A DNA stretch of 64,000 bases, taken from contig JALAGF010001942.1 of assembly GCA_030167865.1 (NCBI GenBank), forward strand, positions 1 through 64,000, in the 5' to 3' direction. This DNA is from Craspedostauros australis. Lineage: Eukaryota. Each line of letters begins with the position of its first letter. Positions within the stretch are counted from its first letter, which is position 1. The notes beneath the pieces were generated by a model. It was not told the DNA's origin. It searched no databases and saw nothing but the letters and a program-made list of their open reading frames with translations. Below, piece by piece: positions 34,658-46,721 of this stretch. Both the position numbers and the translations under genes were made by a program.

Positions 34658-35514
34658 GATGGAAAACAGTTCGAGTATGACGTGATGTGACGTTATGGGA
34701 GTTTGTGTTTGTGCTTCTTCTCCGCATGTCTGTTGGCACCCTTGGATACTCACTCCGTTGACACAACGACAACAACGACAACGACGACAGCGGCAGTTCC
34801 TCTCGCGTCACATGGTACGCACACATCAACGCCATCGTGTCAAGAGGCGCACACACACACAACACGATGAGATACGCGGTTTGTCTCGTTGAAGCCTGCG
34901 TGATCTCGCGATCCGCAACCTTCAACCTGCTTCAATCCAACGTCCGTCCGTATGTCATTCGTGAAGAATGGGTTATGGGTCTTTGGCAAGGATGATCGGT
35001 TGGGTCGAACAATGACTCACATCCTTTCCAGTCCCGGTTTTTGAGATCATCAATCTGTTGTCGTAGATTTGCAACAAGAGTTTGTCAGATCCCAAGAGAA
35101 GAAGAACATGGGTGTCCCTCCATACAGTAGGATAGCAATTGCTTTTCTCCTTGCATATGAGTACGAGGAGAGAAAGAGATAGGCAGGACGGCTGAAGAGT
35201 TGTTTCACGTGTGTAGAAAACAGTTTCTGTCCGAGTGGAGAGTCAGAGTCAGCTCCCCAGTCTGTCGCTCCTTTGGATGTTGATCTTCGGCACAGGATGC
35301 ATCATCTTTCATTCCATGCTGGACTCGTGCAGTCCTCTAACTGGACTCTACTCAACTCTATTGTCTTGTGGTTGGAGAATTGTTACATGAGGGGTTTACA
35401 TCACAGTATTTCAAATGTACGTTCGAGAGTCCGATCGTACACGCCTGCGATTGCGCGCACGCCATCATTATATTGAGTATGCGCGCGGGCGAAAACGTCT
35501 GGTTATGCAGCGGC

Positions 35515-36489
35515 TTAGGCCTCACGTCCGACGGTTGGCATCTTGGTCACGTAGACATCCTGGCTGGCGATGGCGCCCATGCAGGTGATTCCGATATACG
35601 TGATGACTGTGAAGAGGAGGAAGAAGAGGAGACCTGCAAGGATGTTGGGCGTCATGTGGACGAAGTACACTCCCGAGTTCTGGTTGTCGTTGTCGTTGCC
35701 ATTGTCAGCGTTGTCGCCGTTCTCTTCTTCGAGACGTCTGCGCTGGGCGGCAAGGAGCTTCTGTCCGCGCTTCTCCATCTTGTCGTGGCGTTCCTTCGAG
35801 GCGATGTAGCGCTCGTTCTTCATTTCTCCGGTGCCACGGATGCTGGAGAGGATGACGGTGTCGATGCTGTCGGTGTCGATGGCCTTGGCGATGGTGGTGT
35901 CGATGTCGGAGATGTGCGCGTCGTCGACCTCGACACTGACGATGAGCACATCGGCGTCGACGATCTTGGTCGCTCTCTTGGCGGCCTTTTGCTGCGTCTT
36001 GGACGGGATGTTCATCTTGTCTCCCTCCTTCTTGGCGGCCGGTCGCTGGATGGTGCCGTCCATGCGGCCGTTGAACTCTTCCATGCTGACGGTGAAGACC
36101 TTCAGCTGGCTGTCCCTTGTGGCGACCTTGGTGTCGCGGCTGATGGTGCCGATGCTGTCGATGCCGGAGACGTGGTGGTAGACGGCCTCGGCCTCGCGGT
36201 ACTTCTGGGAGAGGGCTGGGAGCTCGCCAGCGTCGGCGTACTTTCGCAGAGACTCGGACCCCTCGCCGTCCTTGCCCAGCACGAACACAACCGCGTTCAA
36301 AGATTCAGGGGTGGTCTCGCCGTTCGATTCCTTGCCGATGAGCACATCTCCGAGGAACTGCGCGGAGGTGATGTCCCGCGAGCTGTGGGCGCACGTGTGT
36401 GGATCCGACTTCTTGTTCTGCCAGACGATGGCGGGCGCAGCGGCGACGGCCGACAGGATGGACGAAAGGATCACGGCGTGTGTTCTCAT
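35515..36489 (-). CDS. V-ATPase accessory subunit Ac45/VOA1(ATP6AP1)-like type I membrane protein
   Basis: Signal peptide, RRRL processing-like site, C-terminal MTPNILAGLLFFLLFTVITYIGITCMGAIASQDVY matching the Ac45/VOA1 TM pattern. Confidence 0.7.
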   Translation of the reverse strand: MRTHAVILSSILSAVAAAPAIVWQNKKSDPHTCAHSSRDITSAQFLGDVLIGKESNGETTPESLNAVVFVLGKDGEGSESLRKYADAGELPALSQKYREAEAVYHHVSGIDSIGTISRDTKVATRDSQLKVFTVSMEEFNGRMDGTIQRPAAKKEGDKMNIPSKTQQKAAKRATKIVDADVLIVSVEVDDAHISDIDTTIAKAIDTDSIDTVILSSIRGTGEMKNERYIASKERHDKMEKRGQKLLAAQRRRLEEENGDNADNGNDNDNQNSGVYFVHMTPNILAGLLFFLLFTVITYIGITCMGAIASQDVYVTKMPTVGREA

Positions 36490-39400
36490 GGTGCTATTAT
36501 TTGATTATTCAGTGGGAGTTGTTGCTGCTGATACTGTTACTGTTGTTGGGCTCGGGTCAGGCGTCGGTTGGGGGATTGCTGTTTGTTGTTTGTTGTTGTG
36601 GGTCTTGGCTTGGCGCGCACTGTGGCTTCGAACAGCGGTGGATGCTCTGGAAGATGGCGATGCTGTCTTCGATGGCTTCGATGGGGGGTTTGACGAGATG
36701 GTGGTCACACAATCAAACGATTCGAGGACTTGTCCTTGGCTTTGCTATTCTTCTTATCGTCGTGTTGTCGCGTTGTCGTGTTGTTGCCTTGCTACTGGCG
36801 TGAGTTAACTCGTCGCTTTGTTGTTTTCGTTTGTTCGTGCTGTCGCGTTGGCTCTGTGGTGTAGTGCTTGGCTCGTGCTTTTGGCTTTGTTCCGTTCGTT
36901 TCGTTCTGCCTTCGTCGTTGTTGCTGCTGCGCGCTGTTCTGTTGGCGTTCTCCTTCTCGCGACACAGTGCGAGAAACCAAGCACACGATGTGCTGGCGTG
37001 AGCTTTATGTCCATGCGTTCTGGCTCGCGCCATTCAATACATGAATGTATTCAAATCATAATGTTTTGAAATGAACAAAACGGTTAACACGATGCGGCGG
37101 TTACATTGGGTTCGCAAACAGTTCCCCGGACAGTCGACCAACCAAAATAACCAGGGCTAATGTTTCCAAAGTAGACCTGTGGGTGCACTCATGAACAGTA
37201 CACACGACGATGCGTTGCAGTGAGTGCTTCCAGCTTTGTGCTTGCAAGCACAATTTCGCATCACACACAACAAGACAAACGACTGGAATACATTCTCGCA
37301 TGATACCGTAGAATGATGTTTCTCTCTCTCTCGAACGAACGAAGCATATCTGCAGTTCATCGCGATGCGTGGTTTTGAAACGTATTGATGCATGCAGCAT
37401 CTCTATGCGTGCGTCGAGCATGTTACCTTTCCTCTCTGTCTGTTTGCATCTGCAAAGAGACTAGGTATGCTGTGCGTGAAAGTCCACAAGCACCAATACG
37501 ATGCGGACATCAAACAACATCAAGAAACGTCGCGTACAGGAAGCGAAGTGTGTTCGTTCACCAAAAAAGAGAAGAGCATCCTCTCTTGTTCCCAAAACAC
37601 AATCATGTTTGTCAAAATATTTCCGACAGGTCGGACGAACTGTTTGGCAACCGTGCTGATTCTCATCTTGGACTCCTTCGATTACAACTAGTTTTGGCAG
37701 TTGTGACTAAGTGGAATTATGCATAATCCACACAAGGAAGGTGCCTCGAATCATGCGACTACATTCAAATTGAGAATAAATTGCAGCACTCCACGAACCC
37801 CACGACATCAAGGTTCGGGACTTGGCTGATCTCATTCCACTTGGTACCACAGGCATAGAGTACACACTTTGTCTGCGAGTCCAGTACTCTTCAACCACTA
37901 CGTCAAATTTATCAAACCGATACTCACTGAAATGGGATCTGTGTTTGTGGTTGCCATCGTGTCCACCGATTCGATTGTCGAATGAGGTGAATCCTCGTGA
38001 AGTATCCAAAAGTCATCTTGGGCGAAGTGAGGGAGAGCACTCAGCGCTGGAGCGAAGCATCCTGCTTCGCACTAAACACGTGCGAATCGACCAGCGCTTC
38101 GGCTGCGCCGTCTTGTCTCAACCAATGTGAGCTGGTCTGCCATCGCTCTCTCTCTCTCCCTCTCTCTGTCTGTCTTTTCTACTTCTCTGTCTGGAGTGTT
38201 AATGGTTCGTTGCGAGTTGTCGACTGTCGGCATTGCTACGCCTCGAAGGGCCGGGATGTTGTCACAACCGCTTCCCGCTTCCGTCGTCTGGTCACGTCAC
38301 ATATGAACGCCAGGGGCACAAGTTTGTCTTCACATTTGCGTTTCTCCAAGCCAGGCAAGTTTAATCTTCGTCGAGAGAACACTTTACAAAAAAGCCAATG
38401 ACGTTCATGGCGATGGGCTCGAGGTTGGTCTTGCTCTTGCTCTCGGTTGTGCTCCTCATCGTGCACACGCTCACGATGCGCTGCCATTGGTGATGCAGTT
38501 AACAATGTCTCTACTTTTGTTGCTAATCATGATGCTGGTCCGAATGTCGCTGCTGTTACGCTGCTTTTGGGGATGGCAGAGTTTCTCGGGCAGAGACAGA
38601 ACATGTGTTTAGAATGATTGAGAGGACTGTTCGACTGAGCATCTACGAGTATACCACATGGAGCACATTGAAGTGCGGCATCGCTCTTGGCAACTCCATC
38701 CAACGCTCTGGCTCTCTCGTCTTGTGTTCCTGTTTGTGTCTGTCTTCTACCAATGCATCGGATGGTGGCAACGTGACCACACAAGAGGTGAAGACACACG
38801 TTGTCACTGTGGCGGCCTTGTTCGATCTTACGAGTTCTCTCCAACGAATGTCCGAATCAGGAGAAGGGCGCGAGTCGGAGAAATACTTTGTCACTATTGG
38901 TGGCAACAAGAGCACCAACACGCCCCCGTTCAAACATGGCACAATACTTTCCAAGTACTATACACGCTGTGATGACAACTCAACAGACCCTTTCTTGCTG
39001 CTATGCCTGACTTTCGCAGACCGCACATACTTCTGTGTCTCATCGCGGCATCAATTCAATACAGGTGCCATTCCCAGCTTTTCTTCGTGACACGAACCGA
39101 TAAATCGAGCCGGCCAAGAAATGCTATTCGCGATGTGTGCGGCTTTCAGTTCTTTCGGAGGTGGTCGTGACCACAGAGGTTCAGCGAGACAACGTTGAGA
39201 AATGGGTGAATGTGGTCACGGAGAAAATAGACACTGGGGCTGGCCAACCAACTCCAACAGGGCTCCACCATAGTACAACTTCTACCAACCACGCCATCAA
39301 CGCGAGTGCGAACGAAACGGGGTCAAACTCATCCAATTCGTACGAACACATGCACACGCACCGACAGCACTGAAACGAGTCTCTTTGTTTTGGAACCAGC

Positions 39401-39537
39401 CGTCGTTGGTGCAGATCACGCTGTTGAACTGTGTTGAAGAGGTGAAGGATCCGATGAGCGACAGGCGGATGAACGAGGCAAACAAACGAACGAATGAATA
39501 ATGAATGAGCAATGCCCCTCCAAATACTCGACTCCAC

Positions 39538-39556
39538 AAGTGTGTGTGTGTGTGTG
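39538..39556 (+). repeat. (TG)n microsatellite
   Basis: gtgtgtgtgtgtgtgtg read directly. Confidence 0.8.
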
Positions 39557-40341
39557 CACGCACGAGCAGAGTAGTGGAGGGAGGAGTGTTCATCTGTCGT
39601 TGATGCAACAACAATGCCACAGTGTCCATCGCACGCTGCGTCTCAGTGTCTCTCGCTACACGTGCATGTGGATTTGCGTCTGCGACGATCACTTCCTTGC
39701 CTTCGACAACATTCACACAACAACTCTCATAAAAAACAATCGACGAACAGATTGTACTCCGAAGCACAGTATCACCGCACAGCAATCGACAAGCATTGCC
39801 AGGTGATCACAAGCCTCTCTCCGGCCAAAGCCAGATACAAGCCAAAGGTATGTTGCGGGCGTCGATCAATTGCAAATGCAGGTCGGCAAGATGAATGAAT
39901 ATGTGCAGGGCGCGGAACCAATGACGGGAGGATGCGGTCGCAGCGCTTGCCCTACCCAACACAGCGTGCTGCCTCAAGCAGATGCACACATTGGGACAAT
40001 CAGCATCACCGGCAGCATCTAGGGAGGACGCTCCTACCGAATCAGCTGCCATCGTCATGGGAGGTGTGATGCGTAATGATGCCGCGCGTCCCCTACGCTT
40101 GTCGTTCCGATCACATGCTTGCTTTGTATGTTGGTGGCATAATGTGTCATCGCCTCCAACTCCGCTCTAATCTGCTCTGCCCAACTCAACTCAACCCCAC
40201 ACCTTTCGTACCACCCCACCGGTACGAGTACGTATGCTCCCGCATTCCACACTGTTCTGTGCTGCTCTATCCGTGTCTAACACGGCAATGAATCACAGCA
40301 CACAATCCAAGCAACCGACAAGCAGCAAGCAAGCATCAACC

Positions 40342-42999
40342 ATGATCCGCATGATCAACATGAAGGCAGCCATCGTGGCTGTTCTCTTCCTCTCCAACAT
40401 GGCGTTGACTCACGCCGTGCTCCGTGGCAACCGGACCCCCGTGGATCCAACCAAGGAACTCCGCACGGCGATGAACAGGATCCGCGCCCTCAAGGTCGGC
40501 GCTGATGACAACGCAAAGGCGGCGAAACAAAACAAGGCCGAACGAGAGCCTCTCACAGACAACCCGAGTACTCCCGAGACCTCTGTGCCAACCGCGTTGC
40601 CGACTGGATCGCCGACTGCTGGACCCACGAGTCCTCCGACTGCCTCGCCGACGGGCCCTCCAGCTGAGATGCCCTCAATGTCGCCTACCACTCAACCAAC
40701 ATCTGACCCAGAGCCCTTCGATTCCACCATCGAAGTCGCTTGTAAGCCAGACGGTGACACCGCCCTCACTCTTGCCGAAGTCAGCACCAAAACCATCATC
40801 TGCGATGCCACCAAGCCATCGTGCCGCGAGGCCGTGACCGCCGTGAAGGAATCCGCAGAGCTGCAGAACTTCTTCGGTTGCGCTGGAGATCTCGGCGAAG
40901 GAGCCGCGCGCAAGCTCTTCAACAAGTACGCAACGGACGCCGTGCTCGCTGAGCAACTCGCGATGATCGTTGCCACCAACGCGATCCTCGTCACCGAACG
41001 TCCGGATGCCATGAAGGCAGCATGCGCGGCCATCGCTGCGATGCAATCGCCTGCCGTCGCAGACCCATGCTGCCAGGGATCCTCGGGGTGCACTTCTGCC
41101 GTCGCCTCCGCTTCCAGCTCTCCACCATTCATGACCGTCGCCATCACTGGTTGCACCGGCGACAGCGCATGCAAGAACATCGGACCGAATCCCCTCATCC
41201 TCGATTCCTCCTGTACTGGCGTGAGTGCATGCGAATCCATGAATGAAAATGATCTCAATCCATCCGTTGTGGGAGTCACCTTCGTGGGTGAAGCCTCATG
41301 CACCAATCCAGGGTCATGCGAGGGAGTGGGGCACCGCTCTTACGGCAATGTCGTCGTCCTGGACGCCTCTTGCGTTGGTCCAGATGCATGCAACGCAGCC
41401 GGACGCCGCAGTCAGCAGAAGACGTCCAACCGTTTCCCAAGCCACATCAACATTGGACCGAATGCATGCGTTGGCATCGATGCCTGCAAGGATGCTCATT
41501 CTACAGTCAATTATGGCACTGCCGGCAAGCGCGAAGGAAGCCTGACCATTGGCGATGGCAGTTGCACAAAGGATCGCTCCTGCGAAAAGATTGGCTTCAA
41601 CGACAGGTTGGGAATGGATATCATCGTCGCTCCTGGTGAGTGCAGTGTCGCCGGCACCTGCAGGGGATGCATCACCGCAGAAGACTGCGACAACGGTGGG
41701 GCGTATCTCATCAGCAACACCGATGGAGCTTGCCCCAAGGGAGACAGCAGCTCCGGTGGCAATCCGACTGGAAAGAAGGTGGAGGAGTACTGTGTTGGGA
41801 AAGACACTTTGCCCACGGAAACCCCGACATTCTTTCCAACTCCTCTCCCGACCATCACAAGCAAACCTACCTCTAATCCAACAATCTTGGCGCCGAAAAT
41901 GCCAACCCCATCACCTTCCACGGATACGATGGCGCCAACCCGTTCCCCAGCCACCATTCAAGTTGGCTGTCTCGAAACTCCTGGAAATGGATCATCGAAA
42001 TTCAACCCCGTTGTCGACGTAGTCAGCTGCGATGGCGCGGCCGGAACATGTGCCGACTTTGTCGATTCTATCAACGGGCTCGACGATGGCAAAGCCAAAA
42101 TGATCAAAAGTATCTTTGGCTGCGGACCATCAGGGGTGGCTGTGTCGCAGGAGGTGGCCCAGAAACGCTTCAACAGTATGAAGAATGACGCAGAGGTGAC
42201 CCAACTGTTGTTGACAACAGTGGCGACCAAGAACCTCCTCACTGGTGGTGGACCCCAGGTGACAGCAGCTTGCAATGGCAACTGCTGCACTTCACTTCCT
42301 GATCCTAGCCATGTCGAAGCGTGCGTGGTCAGCCCTTCCACTGGTGTGATGACGATTACCGAAGGTTCATGCATTTCTGCAGATAAAGCCTGCAATCCCA
42401 TGGTCGAAAACGCCATTATCATCGACAGCTGCGGCCCCAACACCGGAGGCATCGGTCAGTGCTCCGAGTTTGGTATGTTCACCACGGCCCCAAACCCGGC
42501 TGCCCAGCTTGGCTACAAAGTGATTGGGCCCAATGCTTGCAGCGACGCGGCTAATTGCCAGGGCATGGGCAAAGACGTCTATGGTAATGTGAGAGTTGCA
42601 AATGGGGCTTGCACTGGCGGGGGGAATGCTTGCCTGGGCCTGGGACAACGTAAGAGTCAAGGCAATATCGCATCACCAATCCGAATCGATATTAGTATCG
42701 AGACCAGCGCGTGCCAACGTCCCCATTCTTGCAAAACGATGTATAATAATACTGCCATCACAACGGGAAGCATTACCGTCAAGAGGAATGCATGCAACGG
42801 AGTTCTCGCGTGCACTGGCCTTCATGATAACGGGATTGGAGGCAACGACCTTGTCATCGAAGAAGAAGCCTGTCCTGGAACTCAAACGTGCCAAGACTGC
42901 TTGAAGCAAATCCAGTCATGTTCTTTGCCCACAGAAACATACACCATCAGCGCCCCAAGCGTTGGTTGTCCTGGTCCAGACCAATCTTCCTGTAGCTAA
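40342..42999 (+). CDS. Secreted Cys-rich protein with two tandem ~350-aa modules and Pro/Thr-rich linkers
   Basis: Signal peptide MKAAIVAVLFLSNMALTHA, LRG and RAL motifs, TxxPT repeats, duplicated module carrying recurring (S/A)CxGxxAC. Start is 40342, 40351 or 40360. Confidence 0.85.
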   Translation: MIRMINMKAAIVAVLFLSNMALTHAVLRGNRTPVDPTKELRTAMNRIRALKVGADDNAKAAKQNKAEREPLTDNPSTPETSVPTALPTGSPTAGPTSPPTASPTGPPAEMPSMSPTTQPTSDPEPFDSTIEVACKPDGDTALTLAEVSTKTIICDATKPSCREAVTAVKESAELQNFFGCAGDLGEGAARKLFNKYATDAVLAEQLAMIVATNAILVTERPDAMKAACAAIAAMQSPAVADPCCQGSSGCTSAVASASSSPPFMTVAITGCTGDSACKNIGPNPLILDSSCTGVSACESMNENDLNPSVVGVTFVGEASCTNPGSCEGVGHRSYGNVVVLDASCVGPDACNAAGRRSQQKTSNRFPSHINIGPNACVGIDACKDAHSTVNYGTAGKREGSLTIGDGSCTKDRSCEKIGFNDRLGMDIIVAPGECSVAGTCRGCITAEDCDNGGAYLISNTDGACPKGDSSSGGNPTGKKVEEYCVGKDTLPTETPTFFPTPLPTITSKPTSNPTILAPKMPTPSPSTDTMAPTRSPATIQVGCLETPGNGSSKFNPVVDVVSCDGAAGTCADFVDSINGLDDGKAKMIKSIFGCGPSGVAVSQEVAQKRFNSMKNDAEVTQLLLTTVATKNLLTGGGPQVTAACNGNCCTSLPDPSHVEACVVSPSTGVMTITEGSCISADKACNPMVENAIIIDSCGPNTGGIGQCSEFGMFTTAPNPAAQLGYKVIGPNACSDAANCQGMGKDVYGNVRVANGACTGGGNACLGLGQRKSQGNIASPIRIDISIETSACQRPHSCKTMYNNTAITTGSITVKRNACNGVLACTGLHDNGIGGNDLVIEEEACPGTQTCQDCLKQIQSCSLPTETYTISAPSVGCPGPDQSSCS

Positions 43000-43551
43000 G
43001 ACTGACAGGAAACAACACAATCATAATAAGGAAAGTAGGATTTCATCTCCCACATGAAGTATATCGCTTGTGTCGACATGCTGCTACAGCTATTACAACC
43101 ACTTATACTAAGATACGAAATGAGCACAAGCACTATCACGAGTGCTGTATGATGAAACGGTACGGCACTGCTCTCACTCCATCTGGTGCCACGGGTGTAC
43201 GAGTTTACTTCGACGGCTGGAGCCGTTGTTTGCGAAGGTGCGGTGAGATCTGATGGCTTCGTACCAAACCCCCGAAACTCAAAACTCCATGTGTCGTGTG
43301 GTACCAACTACAAACATTGAAACATTGTCACGAGCCAATGTGGGGAACTGCACTTTATCTCCCCTATACATAGTTCTCATAAACTCCAACCACGCAGAGA
43401 GCTTTGATAGGCATTATTATCTTGTATAGTATGGCAGACAGCTCTGTTAATAACAACCTTTCCCCTCGTGTGATGAGGAAGGCGCTCCAGTATGGGACAC
43501 AGCGCATGGTACATACAATGCTGGCACTTGAACACAGGCACACCATCCCAT

Positions 43552-46055
43552 TCATTCAACGTCTGCAGATAGACTCTTGAGTGCCTTTTCGTACTGGGGT
43601 GGGAAGTGATCGGCCGCCATCCTGGAATGCCAGAAGATATCCAGCGTTTGCGCCATCGTGATGGGATTCAGCGTCTGCAGAGTGTAAGATACTCCATCAG
43701 CAGTGCCATCCCCATTCTCATTGCCATTGACGCTGCCTCCGTCGACTTGTTCCGGTACCATCCAAACCGTCTGACCAGCTGGCACAAAGAGAGTTGGAGC
43801 ACCGTCCTTCGGCGTAACGGATGGAAGACCGTCCAGCACGTCCATGATCTCAACGAAAGACGAACGTGCAAGATCCACCCGATCATGATTGATCTGCTGA
43901 CGGGCGTACCACAGTTTGGGACGACGGAAGTAGCTGGTCGCTGCGATCTTTGCCTCCCAGTACGAATCCACTGCGCGTGCCTGCGACAACGTCCGTCGCA
44001 CTGCATCCACCGAAAGGAACGGGACGCAGTCGTTGGCGTGGATCACGTGCGTGGACGTTTCTAAAACATGGCTGGGCAATGGTTGGCTGATGCTGTCTGA
44101 TAACGATTCCTGCTTGGTTCGTATCAGTCCAGGTGAGACTGTAGGGTCCCGTTGTTTCGCATCCTGTTGCTTGCCAGCATCAATATCAACATCGACGCTG
44201 GACTCTCTCGTTTTGTCGCTGTTGTCATAATGCGAGGTGTAATACACCGGCGGTCCACCAAAAGAGAAGCAGTGCACATTGGATGGATGGAGATGATCAG
44301 GCAAGGGCGGATTCATCGGTGGAATGGTGCTGTGCTTGTGCGTGCTTGTAGGAGGCGTCTGTGTGTCAAGAGTTGCACACACGGAATCTCGTTGCTCCAG
44401 AATGGCATGGATCCACAGATGCAACAGCGAAGCCGTGCCGCCACCAAGAGAATGACCCGTGATGACGAGGCTGTAGGTTGGGTGTTGTCGTAGCGCATCC
44501 ACGGTAGACGCACCCACAACACGCCACAGCACCTTGGCCATGGCGATCATTTCGGAATGTCCTTCGCCTCCACAGAATGGTGCTGAGGGCGCATGTATGT
44601 GTGTGCGAGCGTGTGAAGACAGACAGAGGACAGACGAAAGAGTGATGGAATGGAGTGAACAACAATACGAATGAGTGGACGATCGTTGATGGTGAGGGAA
44701 GAGACTCGTGGACATATATTTGATGTATCAGGACACTGCTACCATTCCAGATGGCTGCGGAACCAGAGTGTCGGAGCGCAGAGCATCGTGCCGTACACGG
44801 CAGTATCGCACAGTCTCGCATAGTATCATCCTGCGAGTGTGGTGGAACAGAAAGGCATACTTCGATCCAAACCACCATTGTACAGTGATATGCAGTGGTG
44901 TGCACCATTCTCAACTTGGCTGCTCACATTCCATATCCATCCCATGCATATTCCACTTCAACACATCGCAGCATGTCGCTGCACGTTGCTACACATCATC
45001 GCACAACGCTAGGCCTCTTCTTTCAACTCACTTGTAAACGCTGCCACATCCACGATGACATCTTGCAAAGAGAAGGTGCCGCGAATCGCCAACACGATGG
45101 ATTGCTGCGAATGATCCACCGCCACAAAATGACGCAAGATGGCATTCTCCATGGCCACGGCCTTGGCGGCAGCATTCTGGTCGAGCAAAGATTCATCGTG
45201 CAAGATGACGATATCATCGACTGGAATGCCAACATGATGCGCGATCTCCTGCTGCTCCACCCATCGGTCATGCTCAAGATCGGCGAGGGAACGTGATGGA
45301 GGCGGTGGTCGTGGCGGCGATGGTGCCGGTAGCTCGGAGAGCGACTCAACGTTGGTGGAATCGATCATGGCAGAACCGTACGCTGCCGTGGCGTACTTCA
45401 TGTATCGCCACAGCAAGCGAGTATCGACCGCCTTCGGGACATGAGCCTTTGCAGTACCAACAGTGCGTTTGTTGACCTGATTGACACGATCTTCAAGAGC
45501 ATTGCCGATCTTCCTACAGGTTGAGGCGTCATAGTTCTGACACACCGAGACGATCCCGAGATTGGTGAAGAGGTTTGGATCCCACAAGGAAGTGGAGAGC
45601 TCCTGATCGATGCCCGTCTTCTTGAGGAACGCCTCCATGGCATCGAGCTGCTGCGTCCACGACTTGCGACGGTCATACCACAGAGCCTTGACGGAGCTGC
45701 AGATGAAGCCTACGACGGTGATTGTTGTGCTGATTACAGAGCGAAAGGATGATGAGAAGGAAGCCAACGAGATCGAACTTGATTTCTTGATCAGTCTGCG
45801 CTCCTTGCGGTTCGACGCTGATGCGTTTGACGTGCTGCCCGAAGTTGCCGCTTTTGTCTGCAGTCCTCTCTGAGAGACTGCGGGAAAGCCGAGCTGGACT
45901 TGGTGGGTGGGCGCTCCGAATGAGGTGTTGGCATGCAACGCTGATGCCAAGTTGACGTCGGCGAGCGAGATGAATGGCCGTCCATGGCCGCAGACCATGC
46001 CGGAATGGACACTGCGTCGCGTGCGGGTCAGCTTGGTGACTGTCTGTAGCGACAT
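43552..46055 (-). CDS. Class-3 lipase (DAG-lipase-like); exons 46055-45032 and 44582-43552
   Basis: YMKYATAAYG, HFVAVDH..IVLAIRGT..DVIVD, GH, LVITGHSLGGG, CFSFGGPP, DCVPFLS, ADHFPPQY. GT-AG intron restores the frame. Confidence 0.9.
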
Positions 46056-46721
46056 GGTGCTCGGACAGATGTCGCTGCTTCAGTTGCCGGCGATCGTGTT
46101 GTGGTCACCGGTGTGTCCCTTTCGACATTGGCACAGGACGCGTGGTTGTCCTGGACTATTATGAAGGAGAGGCGGAGCAGCGATCGCTCTTGTTCACGAT
46201 AACCGGCGTGGCGCAATCACATGCGGCTGATCTGGTGCAGTTGCATGGTCGTCCTCTGCACCCCTCCGACAAATCGCGGAGCCAACCCAGTCACCTTGAC
46301 GCCGAATCCTTTGGGAACTGTCCGGAGGCCGTGGAACGACAAAGAAGGAACGACAGCGAACTCGCGAACAAGGGCGAAATTCGTGTTCGGCGAACAACAA
46401 GGTACTTAGTTAGACCAAAGACGCCATTGCGGATCAGTCACAATGACCAAACTCCTCCCCTCGAGCGCTCAACGCGTGTTTCTTTCCCACACGACTTCTT
46501 CACCCATCTTGGACGCTGTGCCCAGTCTCAGAAGTCATCCACGAGAGACCTCCCCTGGCCCAAAGACGACGCCGAAACCCACACTCGCAGCCACGTCCAA
46601 AGACGCACCACACTTCATAACAGTAGAGTGGAATAGTCGTACTCTGCTCCCTTGCGTCCTGGCACCTCGCCACATCCAACGCACACGGTCCCTCACTTGC
46701 TCGTTCGTTGACTGGTCGACA

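Noticed and set aside
38527..38844. LQCAPCGILV...HMFCLC, vaguely IBR/RING-like
   Set aside because: Cys/His spacing is incomplete and there is no supporting gene structure
36900..40200. 3-kb gene-poor stretch between divergent genes
   Set aside because: No supportable ORF, RNA gene or repeat array; treated as intergenic
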